From: the human T2T-CHM13v2.0 reference genome, Homo sapiens
NCBI RefSeq assembly: GCF_009914755.1
Contig: NC_060927.1
Length of the DNA: 64,000 bases
Direction: 5' to 3' (one strand)
Part shown: piece by piece, positions 1 to 15,009 of the stretch
Layout of the letters: each line of letters starts with the position of its first letter
Position numbering within the stretch: the first letter of the stretch is position 1
Notes under the pieces: model-generated
Database searches by the model: none
Seen by the model: only the letters and a program-made list of their open reading frames with translations
What the model was told of the DNA's origin: nothing
Translations under genes and position numbers: made by a program

Positions 1-873
1 ACTTTACAAAATGCATTCCAAGCACTGGCTAATATTAGTTTACTTTGCATTTATTATTTTCCACCTTATAAGTCTGCATTAACTGGGGAGTATAAATTAA
101 GGACCCACGCCTGAACATTCATCTGAGACCTGCTGGTGTAGAAACATTTCATGTCAAACAAAACCCAAGTTCTTAATGTAACGACAACTAACCTTTTGGA
201 AAATTCTCTCTTGTAGAAAATCAGGTGAGAAAAGACTAGTTAATGAAGAATAAACTTTCAAAATGTGGCTACAAGATTTCAATTCTATCACAGTTTAAAA
301 CAAATATATTAACCAGCATTCAAATATTCTGTGTTGATACTGAGGTCATATCCCAAAGACCCAAGGTTTTCAGGTTGCTAAATCGTCACTAAAAAATAAT
401 TATCTCGGCCAGGCACGGTGGCTCACGCCTGTAATCCCAGCACTTTGGGAGGCCCAGGCGGGTGGATCACGAGGTCAGGAGATCAAGACCAACCTGGCTA
501 ACACGGTGAAACCCCATCTCTACTAAAAATACAAAAAAAAAAAAAAAAAAATTAGCCAGGCATGGTGGCAGGGGCCTATAGTCCCAGCAACTCAGGAGGC
601 TGAGGCAGGAGAATGGCGTGAACCCGGGAAGCAGAGCTTGCAGTGAGCCAAGATTGCACCACTGCACTCCAGCCTGGGACACAGAGCTAGACTCTGTCTC
701 AAAAAACAAAACAAAACAAAACAAAAATATCTCTTGCTAACCATGGAGATGAGGAAATAAATATAAAAATATTTTTTAAAATAAAAACTATCAGCCAGGA
801 GCAGTGGCTCATGCCTGTAATCCCAGCACTTTGGGAGGCAGAGGCGGGCAGATCACTTGAGGCCAGGAGTTCA

Positions 874-1230
<357 letters not shown>

Positions 1231-1435
1231 CTACCATCAACCTCAGGAAAACTCCATAAAAATCAAGTCCACTGCTCCATAAAATCAGGACATCTATCAT
1301 CCTTGATGATGAACACATTCGCCTCCACATCCAGCAATAGGAGATGAATGAAACAAAAATATTTTTTTCATTCAATTGTATGACGGACTATTAGGATAGC
1401 ATGAAGAGCTTTCTTACCAATTTTATATTTTTTAA

Positions 1436-1675
<240 letters not shown>

Positions 1676-1932
1676 TGAACTCTTGAGTTCAAGTGATCCT
1701 CCTGCCTTGGCCTCCCAAAGTGCTGGGATTAGAGGCGTGTGCCACCGCACCGGGCCGTTTATGATACACTTTTTTTTTTTCTCTGAGAGTCTTGCTCTGT
1801 TGCCCAGGCTAGAGTGCATGATCTCACCTCACGGCAACCTCTGCCTCCCAGGTTCAAGTGATTCTCATGCCTCAGCCTCCCGAGTAGCTGAGATTACAAG
1901 CACGCGCCACTGTGCCCGGCTAATTTTTCTAA

Positions 1933-2163
<231 letters not shown>

Positions 2164-2796
2164 TGATCCGCTGCCTCAGCCTCCCAAAGTGCTGGGATTA
2201 CAGGCGTGAATCACCCCACCCAGTAGAGACTGGGTTCAGTGTGTTGGTCAAGATGGTCTCAAACTACTGGCCTCAAGTGATCTGCCCGCGTCAGCCTCCC
2301 AAAGTGCTGGGATTACAGGCATGAGCCACTGCACCAGGCCTCACTTTTGATAAACTTTTAAGTTATAAGAAGGAAGATGGGGCCGGGCGCGGTGGCTCAC
2401 ATCTGTAATCCCAGCACTTTGGGAGGCCGAGGCGGGCGGATCACGAGGTCAAGAGATCGAGACCAGACTGGGCAAGCTGCACAGTGACAGCCAGTCTCTA
2501 AATAATTTTTTAATTAGTCAGGCATGGTGGGGAGACTGAGGTGGGAGGATCACTGGAGTGCAGGAGTTCCAGAATTCTGTGAGGTATGATCATGCCACTG
2601 CACTCCAGCCTGGATGACAGAGCAGGACACTGTCTATTAAAAAAAAAAAAAAGGCTATTCACAAGCCTTCTCTAAAAGAATTATTCAAGGATATACTACA
2701 GCTTGGCCAAGCGTGGTGGCTCACGCCTGTTATCCCAACATTTTGAGAGGCTGAGGTAGGTGGATCGATTGAGCCCAGGAGTTCGAGACCAGCCTA

Positions 2797-3163
<367 letters not shown>

Positions 3164-4432
3164 CTACAAGAGTGAAACTCCATCTCAAAAAAAAAGAGGC
3201 CAAGACAGTAGGATCACTTGAGGCCAAAAGTTCAAGACCAGCCTCGGCAACACAGCAAGACCCTATCTCTACAAAAAAATTAGCAAGTTGTGGTAGTGCA
3301 CATCTGTAGCCCTAGCTACTCAGGAGGCTGAGGCAGGAGGATCTCTTGAGCCCAGGAGTCTGAGGCTGCAGTGATCTCTAATCATACCACTGAGCTTCAG
3401 CCTGCATGACTGAGTGAGATCCTATGTCAAACAACCAAATAAAGAAATAAAAGATAGGATCAATTACCCTTGAGGAGTGACTATGGCGACCCTTCTGTTC
3501 TCTCTACAGACAGTTGTAATATTGCTATTATAGAAAGAGGTGGTCAGGCCAGGTGCGGTGGCTCAGGCTTGTAAAAGTAGCACTTTGGGAGGCAGATCAC
3601 TTAAGCTCAAGAGTTCAAGACCAGCCTGAGCAACATGGCAAAACCCCATCTCCACTAAAAATACAAAAACTAGCTGGGCGTAGTGGCACGGGCCCATAGT
3701 CCCAGCTACTTGGGGGGCTGAAGCAGGAGAATAGCTTGAACCTGGGAGGCTGAGGCTGCAGTGAACCTGGGTGACAAAATGAGACCCTGTCCCCAAAAAA
3801 ATAAAAAAGAAAGAAAGCGGTGGTCAAAATGCTGCCCCAAAATGTAGGGAGGTAAGTACTATAGAACTTTCTTCTGCATTTTTAAATGTGTAACTTTTTG
3901 TGATTTTTTTCAATCTAAACAAACATTCACTTTCTTACCTAATTTTGTTATCATAATTGTACATTATTTTGTTTAAAGATGGCATTTATAATTACATGTA
4001 TAATTACAAATTATGTATTTATGTTACATGTATTTATATTATTTTATATAAGCTTCAGACACCACAAAACCTGCCCTATACTAGGTGGTAAGATCATGAT
4101 TGCCCGCTTTTCAGTTTTCTGAATGTTTCAAACTTATAATATCCTCCAACTCTGAGCACACATTACCTTTATAACTGAGAGAGAAAATACTGGGGGAAGA
4201 GGAGGATTCAAGATTGAAACAGGAAAACACAGATGGCTGCCTGGCTCTTGATGGTTTTAAATCCACCTAGAAACAAACACTGATCCGGCCCACCCTTCGT
4301 ACTCAGAGCTTCACTCCAAGTGAGAATAACAACCACAACACCACAACACGCACTGTCCTTAAGATGTATACAAGGTGCTAGAAGGTCAGAGCCCTCAATA
4401 GCATCTCATTCTGGTTTTATTTTATCTTTTGA

Positions 4433-4780
<348 letters not shown>

Positions 4781-5000
4781 TAATGTAGCTTCTTCCCCCA
4801 AAACAGCAGATTGTTCCAAAAATCTGGACAAATCTCAGGTTTTCCATAAGGGACACAGTAGCCTCTCAGCTGCTTCTCCTTTCTAGAACCACCAGCACAA
4901 CTAGCTGCCCTATCTCTCTGCCTCGTCTGACCAGGTTTCTGGAATGACAGACTAGAGGGCTCCAAGGTAAAGGGAACAGGAAGAAGGAACTTTCAGTCTA

Positions 5001-5288
<288 letters not shown>

Positions 5289-6598
5289 CTAGAATTATAA
5301 AGAATTTAAGCAATTTTAAAAGCTTCTCGCTAAAACAATGATTGATTCTAAGGTCTCATATGTCCCCTTTATCAATATATCAAACTTTATTTTGAGATGG
5401 GGGCTCACTATGTTGCCCAGGCTGGCCTCAAACTCCTGGCCTCAAGTGATCCTTCCGCCTTAGTCTCTCCAAGTGCTAGGATTACAAGGCATGAGTCAAC
5501 TGGCCAAATTTTCTTACAAATAGCTGAATGTATTCTATACACATACCAGGAATTTTCAGTTCTGTTGTAAAAGCCAGTTACCCCTTTTTCAAGAACAATT
5601 CTCAGTCTCCAGTCTCCCACCACATTGTAAGAAACTAACTCAACAGGAACACAGAGAAGCAACTCTCTCAGACTAAAGCCAAAATTGCTTACAGGTCTCA
5701 ATCTATGAGGGATTTTTGCAATCCTTGAGTCATGGTTCTTTCATATGCCAATAAGTAATGGTTCCATAGGGCCCGTGTGGTGGCTCACACACGTGTAATC
5801 CTAGCACTTTGGAGGCCAAGGCAGGATGACTGTTTGAGCCCAGGAGTTTGAGAACAATCCTGGCAAAATAGTGAGACCTTGTCTCTACAAAAAATAACCA
5901 GCCAGGTGTGGTGGTACATGCCTGTTGTCCCAGCTACTCGGGAGGCAGAGGTGGAGGGATCACTTGAGGCTGGAAAGCTCAAGGTTATAGTGAGCAGAGA
6001 TTGTACCACCATACTCCAGCCCGGTGACAGAGCGAGACACTGTCTCAAACAACCAAAAAAGTAACGGTCCATTAGCTTCAGACAAGATTATATGTTTCCT
6101 GCCAGTGGGCAATGTTTACCCCATTTAGCTCTTAGCTCACTGCCAAACCCAAATGACACATGAATTCATCCTCTGAAATAAGGGATGCCAACAGTGATTC
6201 AGTCCCAATGGGCAGCCACAGAGGCAGGGCATCCCGGACCTGCCCAGGCAAGCACCTGAGTGCTGCATTTGCTGGAGCAGGAACAAAAGTGTACCCTATG
6301 CAGCACTAGTTCCTGCGACCAAGGGAACTCTGACAATTTCCTCTGGGTCCTTTCAACATCTCGCTTAGACAAATACTCCTCGCAAGGGTCTGCAAACTAC
6401 TCCAGGTTCGTGGCAGCAATCTGGCAGCTTGTATCACCCAACCCACTTGGCCTGAGTGCAGTCAGTGTTCTTCCAGACCAGCCCAGAAAAAAATGAGATA
6501 CGATTCTGAGAAAAGTCTTAAGACTACACCAGTCAGGCTGGGCGCGGTGGCTCACGCCTGTAATCCCAGCACTTTGGGAGGCCAAGGCAGGCAGATCA

Positions 6599-6835
<237 letters not shown>

Positions 6836-7591
6836 TTAAAAAAAAAAGACTGCACCAGTCACAGCACTATGTCCTAATAAAGAGACACCTGCCAATTATG
6901 CTTCAGAAGTCCTGAGTTAGCTCTCCAAAATAAGATCCAGAAAAATATTTTAAAATTTTTGTTACAGAAATCAAGTTCAATTGCATTCACAGTTCCAAAG
7001 CAAAGGTCACACTGATCTCTTCAGAATCACCCAGTTTGTGAGGAAAGCAGTGGATTCAGTCAATCAAGATCGCACGCATTTGAGGCCAGGCACGGAGGCT
7101 CACACCTATAATCTCAGCAGTTTGGGAAGCTGAGGCGGGAGGATTGCTAGAGCTCAGAAGTTTGAGACCAGCCTGGGCAACACAGTGAGACCCTGTCTTC
7201 ACAAAAAATGTTTTAAAAATTAGCCAGGCTTGGTGGCATGCGCCTGTAGTCCTAGCTACTCAGAAGGCTGAGGCAGGAGGATCACTTTAGCCCAGAAGGT
7301 TGAGGTTACTGTGAGCTATGAGATTGTGCCACTGCACTCTAGCCTGGGTGACAGAGTGAGACCCTGTCTCTAAAAAAAGTAAAAATAAGATTGCATTTCA
7401 GGACCAGCAGTGAAGGTCAACAAGGTACTTCCAGTTTTAACATCTTACTCTTCTCTCGCTCATTACAAGGAGCTTAAGTTATTTTCCAAAGTAAAAACGG
7501 TCTTTGAGCGTGAGATAAATCATCCTAGGGGTCCTGTCCCTTACCTTTCCCAGGCCTCACCTGCCCCAGTCCTGCTGTTCATGTTCATTAG

Positions 7592-7768
<177 letters not shown>

Positions 7769-9078
7769 TAGTAGAGACAGGGTTTCACCGTGTTAGCCAG
7801 GATGGTCTCGATCTCCTGACCTCGTGATCCATCCGCCTCGGCCGCCCAAAGTGCTGGGATTACAGGCGTGAGCCACCGCATCTGGCCTTGTTTTTGTTTT
7901 TTTAACACAGGGTCTCACTCACGTCTCCCAGGCTGAAGCGCAGTTGGTGTAATCACAGCTCACTGCAGCCTTGCCTTCCTGGGTTCAAGTAATTCTCCCA
8001 TCTCAGCCTCCCAAGTAGCTGGGACTACAGGCACATGCCACCATGTCGAGCTAATTTTTTGTTATTTTTAGTAGAGACAAGGTTTCGCCACGTTGCCCAG
8101 GCTGGTGTCGAACTCCTGGGATTAAATGATCCGCCTACCTCAGCCTCCTGAAGTGCCAGGATTACGGGCATGAACCACTGAACCAGGCCACACATCTATT
8201 AGTTTTTAAGCCCCAGAATCTAAACCTGTCAGCTGCCAACTGGCACCCCTGTAAATTCTACCCTCCCAAATCCCCCAGGACCTTGTATCCTGGATTTACA
8301 GTCCTCCTCTGGCCTTCCCAGTGTAAATGCAGCATTCTGACTAACCCATAAAGTCTTCAACATGAGACCCTGGAAGTTGCTGTGTTAGTTCCAAAGGCCC
8401 AGCAGAGAATCTACGAAGGGCAGAGGCAGCCCAAAGACCTGAGGAAGAGACAGACACTTTTATCCTCATGCTCAGATACAAACACAAAGCAAGAAAAACC
8501 CAAGCCCTTCAGTAGTGGGTTTGTAATCAACTGGTCTCTCTCTCCTTTAGAGGCACTTGCCTGGAAGAACAGATACTGTTCAAGGAATGACACCTTTTAC
8601 TGCCTTACAAGTAAAACTTCCATTCATAATAGATGAAAAATTGAAAATGTTTAATAAGAATTAACTAATTTAGGAAGATCATAATCTCAGCAACGTGCAA
8701 AAAGATGGTTTAACAAGTTATTTGTTATTGTTTTTCTTGTCAGGTTGTTCAAGCTCATAAAAACATACATTCCTCGGTCAAGTATACTACAATCAGCCCT
8801 CCTCTTTCTTCCTTGAGTAACTAGGCAAGTTCTCAAGAAATATGATGACTCTTCAGCACCAGAGCCAAGCATATAACTCCACAGGGCACCCCATAAAAGC
8901 ACGCAAACTGAACTTACCACCACCCCCTGCTGATGAGGAGGAAGGAACCATGGCACAGTCCACAGACACCAAGTTTAAAGCACATCTAAACAAATGGGCA
9001 TCAGAGTGAAAGTGGGCAGGCTTGGAGTTAGGTTAATCCCCAAACAAATGTGGCTGCAGCCTCAGCAATACCATGTAG

Positions 9079-9405
<327 letters not shown>

Positions 9406-9694
9406 TAGTAGAGACAGGGTTTCACCGTGTTAGCCAGGATGGTCTCAATCTCCTGACCTCATGATCCGCCTGCCTTCACCTCCCAAAGTGCTGGGATTAC
9501 AGGCATGAGCCACCATGCCCGGCCTACAATAAAATTTTTAAAATGAGCTGCGCCCAGTGACATGTGCCTGTAGCCCCAACTGCTTGGGAGCCTGAGGCAA
9601 GAGGATCACTTATGGCCCCAAGAGGTTGAGGCCATAGCGAGCTATGATCGCTGCACTGCCTTCCAGCCTGGGCAACTGAGTGAGACTGTCTTTA

Positions 9695-10095
<401 letters not shown>

Positions 10096-10725
10096 TTAGT
10101 TTCATACTTGCAAAGCAAAAATAACCTACTATTCTTATAAAACAAATACTGAAGGGGGATGCGAGATTTTTGCAATCCCCATGAAAGCTGAGACAAGCTC
10201 ACACGGCCCATGGGGCATCTCATTTGAGTGTGCAGCTTCAGTTACGAAGGCCTGTTGGCCCCGAAGCAGCCCCAACTAAAAGAGCAAGACAAGGTTCAAG
10301 GCAAGGAGCCATAACAGGTGGGCTCTTCTAACAGGTAGGGTTTTAAGGTAGAGTAATATGGCCTGGGGAACTTGGGCCACAGCACCCCAGGGCCAGAGCA
10401 GGCAACGTGGCAGCCTTCCACAAACCCAGACTTAGGAGATCTAGCCCAGGTTCCAACTGGGCACATTCTCACAAACTAAGTGCAAAAGCAACACTAGAGC
10501 CAGATGTCTGCTTCTTGGTAACTAACATGTTTTATTCCATTAAAAGAAGTTTTACTCTTCCTTAGGTTTGGGATTAGACACTCAATTTCGAAAACACATA
10601 GGAGTGTCTCAAGTAAGATAGGTGGATACATAGAGAAAGCAAACAACATTAATTAGCCGGGCGTGGTGCCACGCGCCTGTAATCCCAGCTACTCGGGAGG
10701 CTGAGGTTGCAGTGAGCCGAGATCA

Positions 10726-11263
<538 letters not shown>

Positions 11264-12294
11264 TCAAACTCCTGACCTCAAGTGATCTGCCCACCTCGGC
11301 CTCCCGAAGCGTTGGTGTTACTGGCGTGAGCCACCACGCTCGGCCCTTTCTTTTTCCTTTTTTTTTTGTGTGTGTGTGTGTGTTTTTTTGAGATGGAGTC
11401 TCACTCTGTCGCCCAGGCGGGAGTGCAGTGGTGTGATTTTGGCTCACTGCAATCTCCACCCCCTGGGTTCAAACGATTCTCTTGCTTCAGCCTCCTGAGT
11501 AGCTGGGATTCCAGGCACCTGCCACAGAGGCTGGCTAGTTTTTGTATTTTTAGTAGAGACGGGGTTTCACCAGGTTGGCCAGGCTGGTCTTGAACTCCTG
11601 ACCTCATGATCCAACCGCCTTGGCCTCCCAAAGTGCTGGGATTACATGCATGAGCCACCAAGCCTGGCCCTGGCCCTTTCTTTCTTTAAAAGGTAGGGCA
11701 GGCCAGGCGCGGAGGCTGAGGCAGGCTGAGGCAGGAGAATGGCGTGAACCCGGAAGGCGGAGCTTGCAGTGAGCCGAGATCGCACCACTGCACTTCAGCC
11801 TGGGCGACAGAGAGAGACTCCGTCTCAAAAAAAAAAAAAAAAAAAAAAGTAGGGCAGTGATGGGGATAGGCACAGTGTAGATGAAACAAGATTGGCCAGG
11901 AATTAGTAACTACTGAAGCTGGTTATGGATGACAGACCCAAATCAACTGTGCATCATCTCGGCAAATTGACTTCTCCAAATCCTGAAGTGGGCTCTAAAC
12001 TCAATTTTTGGAGAGAAGGACATTTCCTTGCCACCAGAATATACTGTAAAACACAACTACTTCTTATTACTTTTATTATATGGTACACAAATAGGCAAAA
12101 ACATAATTTAAAAAAACAAAAACATGCTTTAAAATGTAATAACATGAGAATAATCATCTGCTTACTTTCTAATGTATAAGAGTGTGTTCAATTTGTTACC
12201 CAAGATTATCCCACTAGGTGAAATAACTTCACTTAAAGGGAAAATTCTTCCCCAGTGCATCCTCTTTATGAGCCAAACAATGGAAAATTTTCAC

Positions 12295-12329
12295 CTCAGT
12301 AAGCTGGCCTCAGGGAGGTTCAGGCTCAT
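12295..12329 (-). CDS. IP6K2: Upstream ATG of an N-terminally extended IP6K2 isoform, MSLNLPEASLL(S...)
   Basis: ATG at 12327-12329 in context GGGATGA, then 35 nt to a phase-2 donor. I recall an IP6K2 isoform beginning MSLNLPEASLLSRASWPEQ; the next exon is outside the window. Confidence 0.6.
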
Positions 12330-12499
12330 CCCTGTTGCCTAGATACCAGTGACATCTCAGGAGCTTACAGAAGGCTCTGGCATCCCTCTTGGAAGGGAGA
12401 CTGGCAAAGGTTCATCAGTCAGTGGTTGCTCCTTCTTTCCTGGCACATTCCACTGCTCAGACAGATACAGGGCTAGCATACAGTGTACCTGTCTGTCAC
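12295..12499 (-). other. IP6K2: Alternative IP6K2 exon within intron 1
   Basis: TTTCTTTTGTGTTTCAAAGCTTCCTAG acceptor (AG at 12500-12501, alternative AG at 12508-12509) and GAG|GTGAAA donor at 12293-12294. Confidence 0.6.
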
Positions 12500-13709
12500 C
12501 TAGGAAGCTTTGAAACACAAAAGAAATCTATTATATCTGTTACACTGATTTCTAGATCTCCCAGGTCCCTGCCTTGCTCCCTCCCTACCCAGGCCCTGCA
12601 TAAAAAACAAACCAAACAAACAAAAAGCTAGTTTCTACAATTGTATTAACTCTAGTCAGTGTTCTTATCCATTTCATTTCTTTCTCTCTCTCTCTTTTTT
12701 TTTTTTTTTTTGTAGAGACAGGGTGTTGCTATGTTGCCCAGGTTGATCTTGAACTGCTGGGCTCAAGTGATTCTCCATTTGATTTCTAACAATGCCTGTG
12801 AATTCTAAAGTCACAAAGCAGGTAAATCTATCGAAATGACAATGTCAGACAAGACCACAGAAAATAGAAAAAAAATTTTAAATGACAGTTAACAGTTTAA
12901 CTTTTTCTCAAAAAAAAAAAAAGTTACTAGGCCATCAATTTGCCTATTATGTCAAATGTGATAAAGTATTCATTTGGCCCTTTCTAACTCTGATAGTGGC
13001 TAAAGTTAAAACAACACCCTGAAGCTTCTCTTTAAATACTTAACACCCAAGTTACACGATGCAATTATACAAACCCCACAGCAACAACCTATATAAATAA
13101 GCATCTTAGTTCACTTAAAATATTACCTGGCTACAACTGCAAATACAGCAAACATTTTAAACACTAGAATTCAACAAAATTACTGTAATCATGGTCCTCT
13201 ATTAAAAATATCATAGAACCGATGATCTACAACATTTTTGTTACCACGTTCCAAAGTGCCAGTACTTTTTCTTAAAACTATTCAAGATGATTTTTTGTTC
13301 TGTGTACATTCTGCTACGGAAATGTTTAATTCCAAGCAGTGACTAGTTCTGTTTTCCCTGGTATTTAAGAGCACTGGATTTTACTGGTTTCTACATTTTA
13401 TTTTCACTCACTTTTCTGCTAGTGTAGCTTAGTTGATATATGAGAACGAATACAATCCTAAAATGAAATAAGCCATTAGGATGCAAAAGACAAAAGCGGT
13501 CTGTAATCAAACGTAAAGAGTGGAAATATCACTATAAAGGTGTCCTCTTATCCATTTAAAGGCATTTTTTCTATAATAAGGTTAAGTGTGTAGATTCCCT
13601 CATCGAACACCATCTGACGGGCCCAAATGGCATTCAACACTCAAAATGGCTGCACATCTGCCGACCCCAGGTAACAGTACCTGAGGCGCTGAGCTGACTC
13701 CCTATCCAA

Positions 13710-14100
13710 AGATCCGGGAAGACCCCTCCACCCGCCAAATATCTGGGGAGATCGTGGCCGCCAATGACCTGGGGAGACCCCTCAATGACACCGTAGATCT
13801 TGCGCTTCCCAAGACCCGGGGAGATCTCAATGACCAGGAAAGATCCTGCCCTCCCCCAAACCCGGGAGACCCCCTCCAATGACCGGGGAGGATGCTGGAC
13901 CCCCAAAACCACGGAAATCCCTCCCCCAATGATCAGAAGAAAAACCCTCCTCCCAAATGACCCAGGGAAATCGAATCCACAGGGACCCCGGGAGATTTCC
14001 CCCACAATGACCACGGAAGAAGTCTTTCCCAAATAACCTGGGAGACTCCAATGATCAGAGATCCCGTTTCCCAGTAGCCTGAAAAAATCTCCCTCAAAGC
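13710..14100. repeat. Degenerate ~22-25 nt tandem repeat (CCAATGACCNGGGGAGAYCC-like)
   Basis: AATGA(C/T) at 13763, 13784, 13829, 13878, 13928, 13956, 14006 and 14050, interleaved with GGGAGA(C/T)C blocks. Confidence 0.7.
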
Positions 14101-14460
14101 TCCTCGGGCACTAGGGCCATAGGACGCGAGCTTTACCTGCCGCCTCAGCCGGGTTCCTCGGCGTTTCCGTCCTATTGTTTCTCTCGCACCAAAATGGCTG
14201 CGGCCAGGCCGAGCCCCGCCCCCTGCACCTCGCTCCCGGTGCCCCTCACTATTGGCTCGTCCTAGGAGCTGCGCACGCGGACTGGACAGCCTGAAAGGCG
14301 CTGTTGCTAGGGTGCCAGGATTCGCTGCAGCAGCTTCCGGAAAAGGCGGTGACTGGGGGCGGGGCCAGAGAGGGCGGAGCATTGTCCTCCGTCTGGGAGG
14401 GTGGGCCGGAGGTCTGACGGGCGGTTGGGTGGATAGACTAGCTGCGGGCCGATGGACAGC
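14100..14460 (-). promoter_or_regulatory. IP6K2: CpG-island promoter of IP6K2
   Basis: The only CpG-rich non-repeat tract in the window. YY1 motif 14190-14201, GC boxes ~14213-14222 and ~14356-14364, CCAAT (ATTGG on +) 14251-14255, ETS-like CTTCCGGAA ~14334-14342. No TATA box seen. Confidence 0.9.
14137..14205 (-). other. IP6K2: IP6K2 non-coding exon 1 (TSS approximate)
   Basis: Minus strand GCAGCCATTTTGGTGCGAGAGAAACAATAGGACGGAAACGCCGAGGAACCCGGCTGAGGCGGCAG|GTAAAG, donor at 14135-14136. It matches my recollection of the IP6K2 mRNA 5' end and of the IP6K2-PRKAR2A gene order. Confidence 0.85.
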
Positions 14461-15009
14461 AGGATACCTGGGAAACAGATGGATTGACCAACAGTCTTGG
14501 TTTGTTCAGTAGTGAGCGATTTCGCAGGATGCAGGAATTTCAATGCTAACACAGAGACAGTCCACTACAAACTGGGAAGTTGGTCACTCTAGCAGATGGA
14601 CAGAAGACTGGATGTGAATAGACGGAAAGAGGGACAAAAGAGTGCCTGTAGACGGTGGACAAAGAAATGGTTATAGATACAGACAGACAGATTATTAGAT
14701 ATGGAAGGGTGGACAGAGAAGTGGCCATAGAGTTTTCTGGGGACTGGTGGATGACCCAGTGCCCAACCCAGCTCCCACCAAGCACCACACCACAGGGCTT
14801 GTCTGAGGCTCATTTGTCTTGGGCCTGTGTTGGACAGAAGGGCTCTCACCTGAGTGAATGTCAGCATAGCTGTGAAAGGCAAAGGAGAGGGTTAGTGCCA
14901 CTGAGAATGGGCAGAGCCTCCTACCTGATCTCTGCTCTTTCTGTAAAGGAGAACAATGTTGCAGCCCTGTGTACTGGGCATTTGCAAAGGTGTAAATTCA
15001 CTCATACAC

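Noticed and set aside
13634-14552. Overlapping ORFs across the promoter and minisatellite
   Set aside because: A by-product of high GC content; many use non-ATG starts and none has a recognisable domain.
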